Source of the DNA: Phyllosticta citribraziliensis
Lineage: Eukaryota
Direction: 5' to 3'
DNA: 64,000 bases
NCBI RefSeq assembly: GCF_038025025.1
Contig: NW_027117340.1
Span: 434,001 to 498,000 of the forward strand
Below are positions 12,202-25,569 of this stretch, in pieces (the first letter of the stretch is position 1; the number at the start of each line of letters is the position of its first letter). A program made the translations under genes and the position numbers. The notes beneath the pieces are model-generated. The model searched no databases. It was not told where the DNA came from and was given only the letters and a program-made list of their open reading frames with translations.

Positions 12202-15075
12202 ATGGAGAGCGCTTCGAAGCGCAAGGCCTCGGCCGCGGGCTCGCCCGAATCCGAGGGTCGCGCGTCCAAGAGACAGAGAATGCCGGTGAGTGCATGCGTT
12301 GCGACACCAAGTCTGGCGAGTCGAGTCGAGGCGGGCGCGGTGCATGGCGACGAGCAGTGTTCGGGGCCGGGTGATGGAAGAGTGAGGTGTTGAGCGGGAG
12401 AGCTTGACGCTTAACGGGCTTCGGCCTTGACCAGCACCAGGCAGTCCACCCACCCGCTCGCTCCCCTCTCCAAACCACCGCAGCCGGCGCCTGCAGCCCT
12501 CAAGATTACCCTGCCCGCTGCCACAACCGCTCAGGGAGCCTGAACCTGCGCCCTTCAACGCTGACAAGATGCCCCGCTCCAGGACGCCGACGCTGAGAGG
12601 GAGACGCCCGAGACGACCTTCGTCAAGGGCATCAAGTTCGTCGAGACCATGAAAGCCGCCAAAGACAAGAAGTGAGTGCTGCTTGCTATCGGGCCTAAGC
12701 TCCATGCCACATCCACTGCCCGACGCATCGACGCGACTGACCAATGCCACTTGCAGCGGTCGCCTCATAGCAACCAACTTCCTCGAGCTCCCCGATAGAG
12801 TACGTCGCCAGCCTACTATCCGTGGCGCCGCCCGCCATCTGCTAACCGCATCCCTCCACCAGGACTCTTTCCCCGAATACTACGAAGAAATCAAGCTCCC
12901 AATCGCTTTCAGCACCATCGAGGTACGCGCCCTTTCTCTCATTCGACTAGCCAAGCCGCACCGAAGGTCCATTGTCTGAAAGCATGCACACTTTCCAATT
13001 GGCTGGTAGAAGCTTCGGCTTAGGAGACAAGCGAAAAGATCTAAGGCTGCTGGACCAACTGGCATAAAACCCATTCACTGACACGGCATTGTTCCAGGCC
13101 AAGCTCCACAACCGGGAGTATTCCTCGCTTGCTGAACTCGAGGGTGATGTGAAGCGCATGGTCCATAATGCGAAACAGTTCAACGACAAGAAATCAGCAG
13201 TCTATGAAGATGCGGAGCGCATACGAAAGACAGCGTCGAACTTCATGGTTAAGAACAATCCGGCCTACAAGAATCCCTCCTACACGGCTGTCGCTACGCC
13301 CATCCCGGGCGAAGATGCAACGAACGGTCATGAACTCACAGCGAAGCGCCAGCTAAGTGAGCGGCCCAAACGGACTGCGTCCGCGACCGCGCCCCAGCCT
13401 GAAGTAGAGCCGGAATTGCAACCAGACCCGACACCTTCCAAGACTCGACACTCGGAACGGCAGCCTACCCCTGCCAAGGAAGCAGAAAAGGCTGAGACTG
13501 GCGAGACCGACTTTACCGGCAAGAATTTCCAAGAGGCTCAGGAAATGTTGATCAAGGAGTTTATCGAATACGTCGAACCTGAGTATGCTCACTGACGCAC
13601 TGACGCGATGCGTGTTGCTTTGCGCTAACATTCTGTAGGAGCGGCCTTACTATCTACCAGCCTTTTGTACACCTGCCTTCGCGAAGTCTCAAGGAGTACT
13701 ACTCCGCAATCAAAAATCCCATGTCTTTGGACCGAGTGCTCAAGAAGGTGCAAGGATTCATAGGTCGGTCACAAGGCTTCAGCGGTATTAGCGATTTCAA
13801 GACTTGGCACCAGCTCGAGGAATGCGTTTCTTTGATTTGGCGAAATGCGCGCGAATTCAATGAGGACGGAAGCGAGATTTTCAATCTTGCGGGCGAGTTT
13901 GAGGTACAATCACCCCCCAAGATAACCACGTTCACGCATTAGCCATGCTGACTTGAAACAGGAGCACTTCAAGCAACGGCTAGAAGACGCAAAAGAGAAA
14001 ATCAAGGAACCTGCTAAAACAACACTGAGGTTGAACATGAATGCGCAGCAGCAGAAGCCTTCGGGCATCAAGCTGCGTCTGGGTGGCAACAAAAGCAGTC
14101 CAGCTCCACCCTCTGCACCCGATACTCCTGTCGTTGGAAGACGCCGCGCCACTCCAAATGTTATTGTTGACAACGACGCATTGGAGAGGCAAAAGCGCCT
14201 AGTAAACGCTGGCCTGTATGAACAACGACCATCTTCATCTGGTGGCCAGGTAAGCTTCAGCAATTGTGGCCAACCCCAGTATCTTACACTCGCAACAGGG
14301 AGCCTCTACTGGACGCAGTGGTTCAGCAGCATCTCCGGCACCAAACGGGGTGAAGAGCGAGACGCAGCCTGGACAGTCCCCCGCGCTCGAAACAATACGT
14401 CCCTCCAGCACCGCTCCAGACTCCAGACCCTCAACTTCTCAGCCAACGGCTTCAATGCCTCCCCCGAACAGCGCCACCCCTCGTCCACCCAGCGCTTCAC
14501 CGTATACCAATGGCCATGTCCCAGTGCAGAAAAGTCATTCCTACACGGGCGGACCTTACCACCCTCAGAACGGACTTGACAACAAGTATCGTCAACCTGG
14601 AAACTGTAGGTTCAACCTAGTGGGACCTTTTCCTTGGCTAACACAGATTGCACCAATAGCTGCTGCCGATGCCCTTCTTCCCAATATCACCATCAACACT
14701 CATCCGCAGCTCAATGTTGCTCGACCGTTCAAATTCAACATTCCTGCTTCGCCAAAACTGACCGAACAATCCGTCACCGTTTCCCTACCCGGAACACACA
14801 CTTCGATTCAGATACAACCACACGTCCCAGTCGCTCTGACACAGCGGCCTTGGCGAATTTTCGTCAGCGTAAACAACACCCGCATCAACCAGGTCACCAA
14901 CCTGGAAATACGTGGTGAAAAGGGTCGCCCCGTCTACGAATCTCGCCTGCAGCCAGGTGTAAACCGTATCGAGATCGAGGTCATTGCGGCCACAGCGTCG
15001 GTAGCGGGCAAGCCGAAATCGGAGGGCGTGGAGCTTGAGAAGTGTATCATTTTCGTAAATCTAATGAGGCCCTGA
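12202..15075 (+). CDS. Tandem bromodomain protein (RSC4/polybromo-like chromatin remodelling subunit), multi-exon
   Basis: Bromodomain 1: FLELPDR..FPEYYEEIKLPI...MVHNAKQFN. Bromodomain 2: PFVHLPSR..KEYYSAIKNPMSL...IWRNAREFN. Both keep the acetyl-lysine-binding Asn. Basic NLS-like N-terminus. Confidence 0.85.
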
Positions 15076-16481
15076 GGACCAGATGGAAGATGAGATCTAT
15101 ACGGATCGGAACAACAAGCGGAAGCGGAGTTCAGGCCGCTTTTCCCTCTGATGTTGGCGGTCGTTTCGAGCGTCGGATGCGTCCCCCTGCCCAACGATAT
15201 CCAAAGTATGGAATCGCCTCACCGGCTGGCGCTCCCACAACGAGTCACGACGACAACGACAAACGAACGCCTGCCTCATCAACACCAACATTCTCTTCTA
15301 TCTCGTCGCTTACCAGCCTGTTGCTCTCATATTGCTCTATCCCCAGTCGCTCTCGAGCGACGGTGGAGCAAAGCACAGGCGCTGGTGTTTGTGTCCCTTG
15401 AATACTTTTCTCGTTTTTCTGTGTCCCCTTTCCAGTAGTGCGCCTCCTTATGGCCCTCTGTTTTCTGCATCTTCGGGGTCGTTCGGATCGGGGTTTCAAA
15501 TGGTCGGTTGGTCGGTCGGTCGGTCGGCTTTGTGCGCCAAGAAGCAGCGCACTGGTCTTGAATGAATGTGTGCGCATAATGTGGGTGTGGGCGAAGGTAG
15601 GGGGCGCGTGGTTCAGACTTGGTGGGATTTCCAAGTCGTGTCGACGTGGGGTTTGAATGAAGCGGAGGCGAAATCGAAATGGAATTCAAGCGAGCTAGAA
15701 GTAGTATTCGAGAATAGGCGAGCAAGCAAGAAAGCAAGCAGTGTGCCAAGATGGAGAGACGAGCCCTCGTCTTCGCTTTTGTGTGTCTTGTCTCTGCTTG
15801 GATGGCTGTCTGTCTGCCCATCTGGCGCATGGAGACGCCGCGGGCACCCGACTGCTCTGCTTTAGAAGCGCGTGTCACAGCAAAATGGATAACAAAAGGC
15901 TTGATGACCATTTAAATGATGCTTGAGCGTAATCTACATGTCTCTCTTTCTCTTTCACTGTCTTCCAGTCTGAAAGGGCGCGGCGAAGAAGAAGAAAGAG
16001 AAGAAAACGAAAAGGGTATAGAGTAAAAGTAGAAGTAGTAGCAGTAGCAGTTAGAAAAAGAAGCGGCGAAAATTTCGCTTTTGGAAAGGTCGTGGTGTGG
16101 TGGTCTCTTGAACAAGACTATTACTGCTACCTGCAATAAGACCATGATGATGAATGGGAGGAGGAGGAGGAGGATCCAACAAAGGGAAAAAGATTTGACT
16201 TGATCGAGAGCATGTATGTACGCATACGTACCGCTCCACAGAGGGCACAACAACATGCGCTCCCAAACAGAACAGAAGAACCCAACGCCGGGGCGCCATG
16301 CTCATCCAACAAGTTTTCCAAGTGGCATGCAAAACGCGCCATTGGATTCCAAAAGCGGGGGTGGGGTGTTAAAGAAAGGGGGAGCGAGAGTTGGAGGGAG
16401 CGAGTGGGTAGAGAGATAATTGATTGGTGTCGCAGAGAGGGGGCCGCTATCCTATGAATGAGGCACCTTCTCCAATCACAA

Positions 16482-18468
16482 TCACACCTCATCCATCAAG
16501 TCTCTAATCTTGGCGTAAAAACTAGACGGATACTGGCGAATCTCGTCCTCCGTCGGCATGGGGCGCGACTGATCGCGGAAGCGGTCGGCGACGCGCTGAA
16601 TGATCTGGCCGAGCAAGGCTTCGGGGATCTTCAAGTCGTCGCCGGCGTCTGGGTAGAGGAATTCGTCGCGCTCGCTGAGCATCTCGGGGATGGTGGGACG
16701 GCGCGACGGATCGCGTTGCAGGCAGCGCATGAGCGTTCGCCTCAGCCCAACGGGTATGCGCACGTCGCCCAGGCCGTGAGATGGGAACTCGATGCCGACG
16801 TTTGGGTTTACGATGGCCATGACGCGGTGAATTTGGTTCGCGATGTGTGCGAAGGGCGGACGGCCGTATACCATTTGGTATAGAATACATCCCAAGCTCC
16901 ACACGTCACTCGGCTTGCCGAGCTTCATGCAGCGACCAAGGGAGGAGTCGCCATTGGGACCGTGGCGCGAGCTTGCGTTGGCGTCCTGGAGGGATTCGGG
17001 AGACATGTAGTTTGGTGTGCCAACGTGGGAGTCCCGATGAACGTTGACCGTGTGCTCAATGTCGATGGCATTCGCAATGCCAAAGTCAATGAGCTTCAGA
17101 CGGCCTTGAATCAGCAGGAAATTGGCTGGTTTGAGATCCGAGTGGACAATGTCGTGTTCGTGTACAGATGCGACGCATTCGAGCATTTCCTTCCAGTAGT
17201 ACCGTGTAAAGGAAAGATCCAGGCGAGCGTCTTCTGGATCAATCTTCATGCGTAATATCCTCGCCAAGTCGGATTCTCCAATGTCCATAAGCTATACTGC
17301 ATGTTAGCCAACTCGACCTTGTCCAGCTGTTTGGTTTTTCACTCACCACACTCAGGATTTGCTTCTCTTCGTCCACCTCCCAATCAAACAATCGTACAAC
17401 CCTCTCAACGCCCTCTAATTTTCGCAACAAGTCGATTTCGCCTTTGTATCCTCGGACTGCGTTTTCATCTGCATCCTCCAGCTTTACTCTTTTGAGCGCG
17501 AACAATTTCCCGTTTTCAGCCATAACTCGGTAGACGTCCGAGCTTCCTCCCTTTCCAATTCTGCCAATTTCTTGATACGGCTTGCCATTGACCATGAATG
17601 CCCTTCGTCGTTTCTTTTGCTTCACCGTCGAGGCCCCGGCAGCGGAAGTTGCTGTTTCCAAGACTGACATTTTTGGCGGTGGCGGCGGCGCAGGACGAAG
17701 CGGAGTGTTCACACTGACGGGAGCTAATGGGGCCGGTTTGTGGTCCTGATTTGATGAAGGCCTTGAAATCCTGTCGGCCTTCATGACGGAATCCTTCAGA
17801 CTCGAATCTTTCAACATGGAGTCGACTTTACTTGACGAATTGACTCGCATGACGGATTCTGCCTTTGCGTGTGCGACGTTTACATTTTCTTGGTCTTGCG
17901 AAGGGCTTGTGATGCGCACAATCCGTGGGCTACTGGCTCTCGCTTGAGGGCTACGGGCTTGCGGACTGCCTCCATGCTGCAAGTCCATGTTGTCGTCCAT
18001 GATAGACTGCTGCTGCGGATCCTCGTCACCTTGCGGTGTCCGCCGCAACCGGCGCATCGGTGCACCGCGCAGCGGGACTCGCTTGATTCGCAGCGACGGT
18101 GCGGGCGTGATGCTGTCCTGCATGGGCGTATCCGTATGGCCAAGGGAATTTCTAGATATGCGGAGCTTCGGAGGTCCTCTGGCTTGACGATCAGGAGAGT
18201 TGGGTCCATCCTGACCGAGTAATGCGCGGGTATATGGATTCAGCTTCATAGGCGCTTCGATCTCGTCTTCATCTGAGCTGTCGCCAATGTCGATGCGTTG
18301 CATCATTGGCGCATTTGCGGTAAAGCCATGGGATTGTCCTAGAAGTGATATGGGCGATTCGCGCCTGCTTTGGTGCAGCGAGCTGTGCATTGAGCCCTGA
18401 CGCGATATGCGCCCACCATTGCTGTACGAGGATAGAGGAGTCGGAGATGCGGCGGCCATGGAGGTCAT
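16482..18468 (-). CDS. MPS1: Spindle checkpoint kinase Mps1/TTK; one intron ~17294-17346
   Basis: IGKGGSSDVYRV, FALKRV, GYKGEIDLLRKL, YWKEMLECV, HSDLKPANFL, LKLIDFGIANAI..TVNVHRDSHVGTPNYMSPE, SDVWSLGCILYQMVYG. Confidence 0.93.
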
Positions 18469-19088
18469 GAGCGGCAGGCCAGATTATGTATGCGGATGTG
18501 CGAGACCAGTCAACCAGTGGTAGCGAATGTCGAGTTTGAGGGCTACCTTTCCATAGGGTATGCTGAGAGGCTGGGCAGGATGGCGGGTTTGTCGTTATGG
18601 TGTCGTCGCGTTGGGTTGATGGACTTCCTCGCCGAAGCGGCGCCTTCGCGAGATTTACGTGAGAGCCGACAAGCGGTCGGCTGCCGGGGCAACCACGACC
18701 AACAACATTGTTTGAACACGTGACGCCGCATTTTGGTCCCACCTCACCCGACCGGATTTGGCACCACCCACTTACAGCAGCTGTCGGGATCCTCATGAGA
18801 CCATGGATAATATCCGAATCCGGACTTGGACGCTCCAATCTCGCCAAAATAATGTCAGAATGTGTTTTTCGTTGACAACGTGGCAAGCGCGAGGACTAAC
18901 GTCTAATGCAGCCACACCCAATGTACCGGTACACACCAATGCCTCTACAGGTAGTGGTACATGCAACATCTCAGATGTAAAAGAGCCTCTTGTGAACGCC
19001 AGTATTCCAATCAAAGCCAGACAGACCTCCAGACCTATCCCGACCCGTGTTGCCATCCTATTGAAAGCCCTGGAACAAAATTGCTCGC

Positions 19089-20401
19089 TCATTGGGACTG
19101 GTCAATCGCAACTGCAACGACGACACAAATGTCATCTGGCTTGCCTCCATGCCAATTTTCAGCCGGGTAATACTTCTGCACTTCCTTTGCAAAGGGCCCG
19201 TCCCGTCGAGTGTTGAGACTAGCCTCCTTGGCAGCTCCAGTTACTGCAATGGCGAGCAGGGCCTGAAGCGTATTGTTCTCCGACTTTCCAATGCCTCCCT
19301 TTTCAGTGAGGGAGCGGAGGTTTGGGTCGACAATGAGCTCGCTTTGAGTATCAGACCAGCCGCCCAACGTCGTCATGTTCCTGGCGATAATGGACAGAAC
19401 ATCCTGCGGACTCAAATTGTCCCACACTCCATCTGTCGCAAAGACAAGGACATCTCCATGTTTGACTTTGTGTTGAGTGACGGCAGAGTCCTTTGGCGTC
19501 TCGGCATGCGCCGTTGAGCCACCAAAGAGCTTCATTTGTTCCAGCATGACCTTGGGAATCTTGGACATCTGGTATGGAGTGTTGAATGCATGTGTCTGAG
19601 GAGGGCTAAAGTAGCGTACGGCGTTGAGCCCAAGGTGGATGAATCCTGAATCGCCCAAACTGCAATCAAGTCAGCCATACAGTATCAAACCAGGACCCGT
19701 TGCGGCGCTTACTTGGCGACTTCGACGGTACCGTCTTCCTCGGCCGCAGCTATGCAGGCTGTGCTCCCTCCCCCTAGAATTGAGTCGTCCTTCATAACAT
19801 TTTCGTATCCTATTTGAAGCAAGTCCTTGGGATGGAGTGGACCGTCGGCGAAGCCTTCCGGATAGCCATTGGCAGCGACGGCCATGTAATCGCACAGGCC
19901 GTGGGCGAAGTCGGCGGGATCGACGCCAGACTCGACCCATCCCCCCACGCCGTCGGCTACTCCAAAAGCGACTGCGCCAGAGTCGCCAATCTGATTGACA
20001 AAGAATGCATCTTGGCCGCTCAATGGTCGCCGCTTTCCTCCCTTGCCCGTCAGCCGCACGAACGGGTTGTGGTTGAACAAGTTGCGCTCTGAACTATATC
20101 GCACGCCCTTGGCAGTGTAGGAGGCGGATATGCGGTAGGTAAAGCTGGAGTCTTGCGACGCGCTCCGCGCCGTCGTGCCGAACAGTCGTCTTAGGGAATC
20201 GCCGGCGATGTTTCTGGGCAAGTGTTGTGGGTCGAGGATGGATGGAAAGCTGGGGATCGCTGAGCATAGCCACGGTGAGCGGCTGCAGAGACCGGCTCTA
20301 GCAGAGGAAGCGAGCTTGCGCGGGAGCTGGTGTCCGGCGAAGCTCATGGCTATGAGGAGGACGACGAGAGAGACGAGCAGCAGGCGGGTGGTTGCACGCA
20401 T
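19089..20401 (-). CDS. PTC7: PP2C-family phosphatase PTC7/AZR1-like (probably mitochondrial); one intron; start may be at 20347
   Basis: SGQDAFF, FGVADGVGGW..SGVDP, GGSTACI, (N)LGDSGF, QTHAFNTPYQ, ATDGVWDNL, GGKPDDI. Confidence 0.9.
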
Positions 20402-20804
20402 GAGCAACGGTCCGTCTAGGCAGCGCGCATTACAGCCAATGGCGGAGTGTGGATAAGCAAAGGATGGAGCCGGTGAAGAGAAGCAAGAGGCAAGAAATTA
20501 TAGAAAATCGAATGGATGAAACGACAAACAACGGCGTGAATGGAGGCTGGCTGTGATGTCAAAACGGTTAGGTCCGCACGTCCGCTCCTTTCAGCCCGAG
20601 CGGCGCGGAGCGGACATGGGAAAAGCTTGTTTCCCTCGCAATTCCGCCGCCATGGCGCGCCGTTCCGCGTCCGTCTACCTTGAAGGCCCACCCAACCGGA
20701 CTTGAAGCCTTTCGCTGCTGCACCACAAACCCTCACACACCTCTTCCCCCCAACTCTTCAATCTTTCCAGCCAGATTGGGTCAGCATCTCGCCAACCCGC
20801 CAAC

Positions 20805-22563
20805 ATGATGCACCCAGCGCGGCAGGCCTACGTCGAGGAGGAGCGCGACGAGGTAAGCTACCTGTTTCCATCCGGTGTTTGCCTGCGGCCACACGGTGTT
20901 TACACATTTGTCTACATATAGAAGGCGCACTTCCGCAACCTTCGCGACAAACGCTCGTGTGGATGAGGTGCTGATGGGAGTCGCTGCGGACAGGACACCG
21001 ACATGGGTGGAATCGATTTGAGCAACATCCGTAGGTGCTCTCCTCCCCGCTGTTGTCTGTCTACTGCTTACACTATTTACAGCAATCGACCGCGACTATG
21101 CCATGCCCGCTGGCGCAACCGGCGTGCCATCTGAAAAGGCCTCGGCCATTCTCGCGCAATTCGAACGCAAACGCCTAGCAGCAACCATAGCAGTCCCAAC
21201 AGACGACACCAGAGTACGGCTACGTCTGCGAGAGCTTGGCGAACCAATCACCCTCTTCGGCGAAGGCCCAGCGGATAGAAGAGATCGCCTGAGAGAGCTT
21301 CTCACTGTCCAAGCCGAGTCGGGTTTTCAGGATGGCGAGGGCGATCTGCACATGCAAGAAGCGCAAGCGGAGGATGAAACGGGCGGGGAGAACGAAGAAT
21401 TCTACACTGAAGGACTGGACGAGCTTCTTGCTGCACGAAAGGACATTGCGCGGTATTCCTTGCCCCGCGCACAACACCGCGTCGCATATCAAAAGGAGGA
21501 GAGCAGCATACCGCTACGCACCCATGTCAAGCACCGCAAGGCCATCAAGGAAAGACTGTCTGGCTTCGACCTCTACGGATCTCAGATTGCTGGAGACCGG
21601 CCTATCAGCATCGCACGCTTTTCGCCAAATGGTGAAATGATTGCCGCAGGTAACTGGGGCGGTGGAATCAAGCTGTTGGATGTTCCCAACCTGGAAGAAA
21701 AAGCGGTGCTGAGGGGACACAGCGATCGCATAGGCGGCATCTCTTGGTTCCCTGGCGCGACCCTCCCCGATGGCAACGTCTCTACGTCGTCAGTCAACCT
21801 GGCATCCGGCGGCGGCGACAGTCAAATCCACCTCTGGTCCCTCGAACAAGACACCCCCATTTCGACCTTGTCCGGCCACACTGGACGCGTCTGCCGAACC
21901 GAGTTCCACCCGTCAGGCAGGTACCTGGCTTCGGCATCCTTCGACACGACGTGGCGCTTGTGGGACGTGAATACGACGACAGAGCTCCTCCTGCAAGAAG
22001 GCCATTCTCGCGAAGTGTACACGGTGAGCTTCAACACGGACGGCTCCCTCGTCGCCAGCGCCGGGCTGGACAGCATCGGACGCATCTGGGACCTGCGCAC
22101 CGGCCGCATGGTCATGCTCCTCGACGGCCACATCGCGCCCATCTACGGCCTCGACTGGGGCGCCGACGGCTACCGCGTCCTGTCCGGGTCGGCCGACGGC
22201 TTCGCCAAGTGCTGGGACGTGCGCGCCGTGCGCGAGATGGGCAACATTGGCGCGAACCGCGGCGGCGTGACGGACCTGCGTTGGTTCAAGGGCATCGACG
22301 GGCCCGCAAAGGGCTTCACGCCCGAAAAGGACGACGGCGGCAACGTGGTCCCCAAGAAAGCGGGCACGTTTTTCGTTAGCTGCGGCTTCGACAAGAGCGT
22401 CAACATCTTTAGCGCCGATGACTGGGCGGTTTGCAAGCCGCTCAAGGGCCACTCGGGCAACGTGCTCAGCGTCGACATTAGCAGCGATGCAAAGTGGATT
22501 TGCAGCTCTGGTCACGACAGGACTGTCAAGCTGTGGGCTCGTGATGACGGCGAGGGGCTTTGA
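20805..22563 (+). CDS. PRP4: U4/U6 snRNP WD40 protein Prp4; two short 5' exons
   Basis: [12 protein letters not shown] start, PRP4 motif [34 protein letters not shown], and WD40 repeats including [13 protein letters not shown] and [11 protein letters not shown]. Confidence 0.94.
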
Positions 22564-23878
22564 TGTGAAGCAGCCCAGCGATATATCTGGTAGAATGACG
22601 CCATGGCTGATCTGGATGATGGCAACCGAGGAGAAAAGTATGTAGCTATGGACAGCAAGAAGAAGAAAAAAATGATACCCTTGATAGTCAAACGCTCTGC
22701 GCGCGCACGAAGGTCTTTTCAGCCAATGTTGTCTACTACACGACGAACCAAACACACAAACAAATCGAACCACGCGACTCCTGGTTGGCGAAAAAGACCC
22801 TCTGGCCCCGGTTAGGTTTTTGGTTTCGCTCCGGCAAGTCGAGCCGAGCCGGTCCAGCCCCTTGTCCGCAGATACGGCATGGTCCATACGGAACAGGCCG
22901 GTACGGCCAAAAAAGCTTCGATATTTGGAAAAACAAAAGGGGGCGGGCGGGCGGGCGGGCAAGACGTTGGCCGGGCCCGGGTCCAACCGGCGACAGCTCT
23001 GCATGAATGCATGATGCAAGCTTGGCCAAGCAAGCTAAGCTTGTGTCAGAAAAGCTTTTATTTGGGGGGACGTTCATTTGGTTCGTTGGGCGTTGGACAC
23101 GTTGGTTGGCTCATTTCGTGGCGCTGGCCAGACATGTGCTTGTTGTGCTTTTGCACGAGTTTGCTATGATGGGGTGAGCGGGCGCAGTGTGCAGTTTGCG
23201 TGGAGGTGCAATGAGTGATCTGCATCAGGTGCACATGGCACGACAAGTTAGATGTCCAAGCACGGGTAGACAGACGGGTCGTCGCTTGCGCGTAAACAGT
23301 ATCAAGAAACCTGCAGCTACTTCGAAGTGCGTACGTGACCTCCAAAGTCGGTTTCAAAGTGGTCCAGCTGCTACGTACAGCCGAGGCAGTGGCGGATTGA
23401 CGTGGTTGAATTACCTGAGATAATCGTATTCCCACCTTGGAAAGCCGGGATCCTGGGTATTGACTAGCTGTGTCGGGGTCCTTGGTAGTCACATTGACAG
23501 TTGATTTCCTGGTTTGATGGGGATACTGATCTGTCCTCGAGTTACCTTGCACGACTGTCAAGAGTCAAAGGTCGAAGATGGCTAGATTGTTTGTTGGGTG
23601 CTCGTACAGCCTACGCTGTTGGTGTCGACTGCACCACCACGGGTTGCGAAAAACAGCCTGATGGAGGACAAGGAGGCGGCGATCACCCACAAGGGCAGTT
23701 TGCTTTGTCGAAGGGTTGCCCGAGACCGAGGGACAAGTAGGATGGACACATCTTGGAATCCTGTATGCTGTACAACTAGCAGATTCGACATATAAATTGT
23801 AGACGATCTGATATATCCGCGATGACTGCTACAGCTCATATGTCGACCTCAGAGTTCTTTTCCCTCTTCTGGAAGTCA

Positions 23879-24442
23879 ATGAAAATGATGGCTATCCTCT
23901 GCTTGTTAGTCTCTGTTCTTGGATTGGTCAGTGCTATGCCGCTGGTCAGGCTTGGAAGGCGACATGATCCGCCGGCGACGCCCATTCATCTCCAGTTCGG
24001 GCTGGATCCGGATGGATCGTACCATTGCGGCGACAAGATCTACTCGGGCCACGAAATCTTTCTCGCGGCGCAGTACGGCATCAACCTCCTCAACGCTGAC
24101 GAAAGACGCGGCAGTAAGTCTGGAATTCCGAAAATTTGGGTCGTTCTTTCAAATCTTGACGTCTCTCCAGAAGAACTGTATCCCCAAAGCTTTGACGATG
24201 GCACCGAGAGCCGAGGCATCAAGTTTCCGAGTTACTGCCCGGCCAACAGTATGCGCTACGAGTTTCCGCTGGCCAACGGGCTGCCATACAACGGCGGACC
24301 GGACGATACGAATACAGGCGACGAGCGCATAGTGTTTTTCTACCGGAACGGCGACGTTGGATTCGACAATCATCCCGTGGGTTCTTTCTGCGGGATCGTG
24401 ACGCGCAAGGGCGCAGAGGCGGACGGCTTCGTCTTGTGCTAG
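23879..24442 (+). CDS. Secreted RNase T1/N1-fold (guanyl-specific ribonuclease-like) protein; 57-nt in-frame intron 24114-24170
   Basis: Signal peptide MKMMAILCLLVSVLGLVSA, N-terminal YHCG, YP motif, YEFPL, PYNGG, GDERIVF, FCGIVT, terminal GFVLC. Confidence 0.8.
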   Translation: MKMMAILCLLVSVLGLVSAMPLVRLGRRHDPPATPIHLQFGLDPDGSYHCGDKIYSGHEIFLAAQYGINLLNADERRGSKSGIPKIWVVLSNLDVSPEELYPQSFDDGTESRGIKFPSYCPANSMRYEFPLANGLPYNGGPDDTNTGDERIVFFYRNGDVGFDNHPVGSFCGIVTRKGAEADGFVLC

Positions 24443-25569
24443 GACATGGAGTTGATCTTCAGGGCGCAGGACGGGGTCGATTCGGGTTTCTTGAAGATTG
24501 CAGTCACGTCGTCCAGGGTCTGTATTCCAGCGCCGATCAGTCGCGGAAAACCACGTGGTGTCGGTCGGATCTGCAGGAAAGGGCAGGCGTCTGCATCGTG
24601 AGCGAGGAGAGCATTCCGGACGTCAAGTAGTGGTGCAGGTACATAGATGTAGGGAGCCGTGGGAGAATCAAGAAATTTTGGCAAAGAAATTGGAGAGGCG
24701 CCGAGACGCAGGCGCGAAGGTTCCAGCAGCAGCGCCTCATGCAGAATGGAAGCATCATGTCGCCGTGACCTACCTCGCCTAAAGGAGACTAGACCGCAAA
24801 AGGCAGCAATGCAGCTCTGCCAGGCGTAGGGTTCGGGAGAGGTGCCGGTAAGCAGCTTGGCGCGGCTTCGCTACGCCACGCCCGCACCACGACGGGACGC
24901 TGTCGACCTGGAACTCGGAGGCTCGAGAACGGTGGGAGATGGACGTCGTCGGCCGGCGCATGTATGTATTTGTCGCATCCTGTCGCTTGTACATAGTAGG
25001 CTAGCCTCTGCACCGGCCATGCGACGAGATGCGATGCGACCCCAGTGGACTGAGCGCTGCATTAAGATGAGCCGTTGCGTATTCGCCATGACATGACAGC
25101 CTCTCCAGCCTTCCTTCAGCCTCTCGGATGCGCTGAGGCTCAGCGTGGCGTGGAGGTGGAGGCGGCCAACTGACACGTCTTCCAGGCTCCGGTGAGGTCG
25201 TTGCGCGGCGAGGAGTGGCTGAGCTGAGCACAGCAGTGAAGAGTGGACGGAGGGAGTGGACGGGTGGGGGCGGGCAGCGCAGCGCAGCGCAGCGCTTCCT
25301 TGTGATCAGCGCCGGCGGCGGCGGCCAGCCGGAGGTGCTTTGACATGGCGAGCCAGTGGTACAAAACTGCCCGCCGCCCCGATTCCCTTCCTTGCAATCT
25401 CACATCCTGACCCTCTTCACTCTCCGCGCCTCCGCGTCTCATCCGCCCTCCTCCCCTCCCGACCTCTGTCTTCGCCGACCTTACCTGTTGGTCTTCGCCC
25501 CCGTCGCATGTCTCGGGCCTCCCCACTGACTCTCGCCATTGACTTGACAGTCTTCCATACCTACGCAAA

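Noticed and set aside
15076..16481. ORFs in the gap between the bromodomain and MPS1 genes (and similarly at 55200-57150)
   Set aside because: These are low-complexity convergent 3' UTR/intergenic sequences with microsatellites and no coding features.
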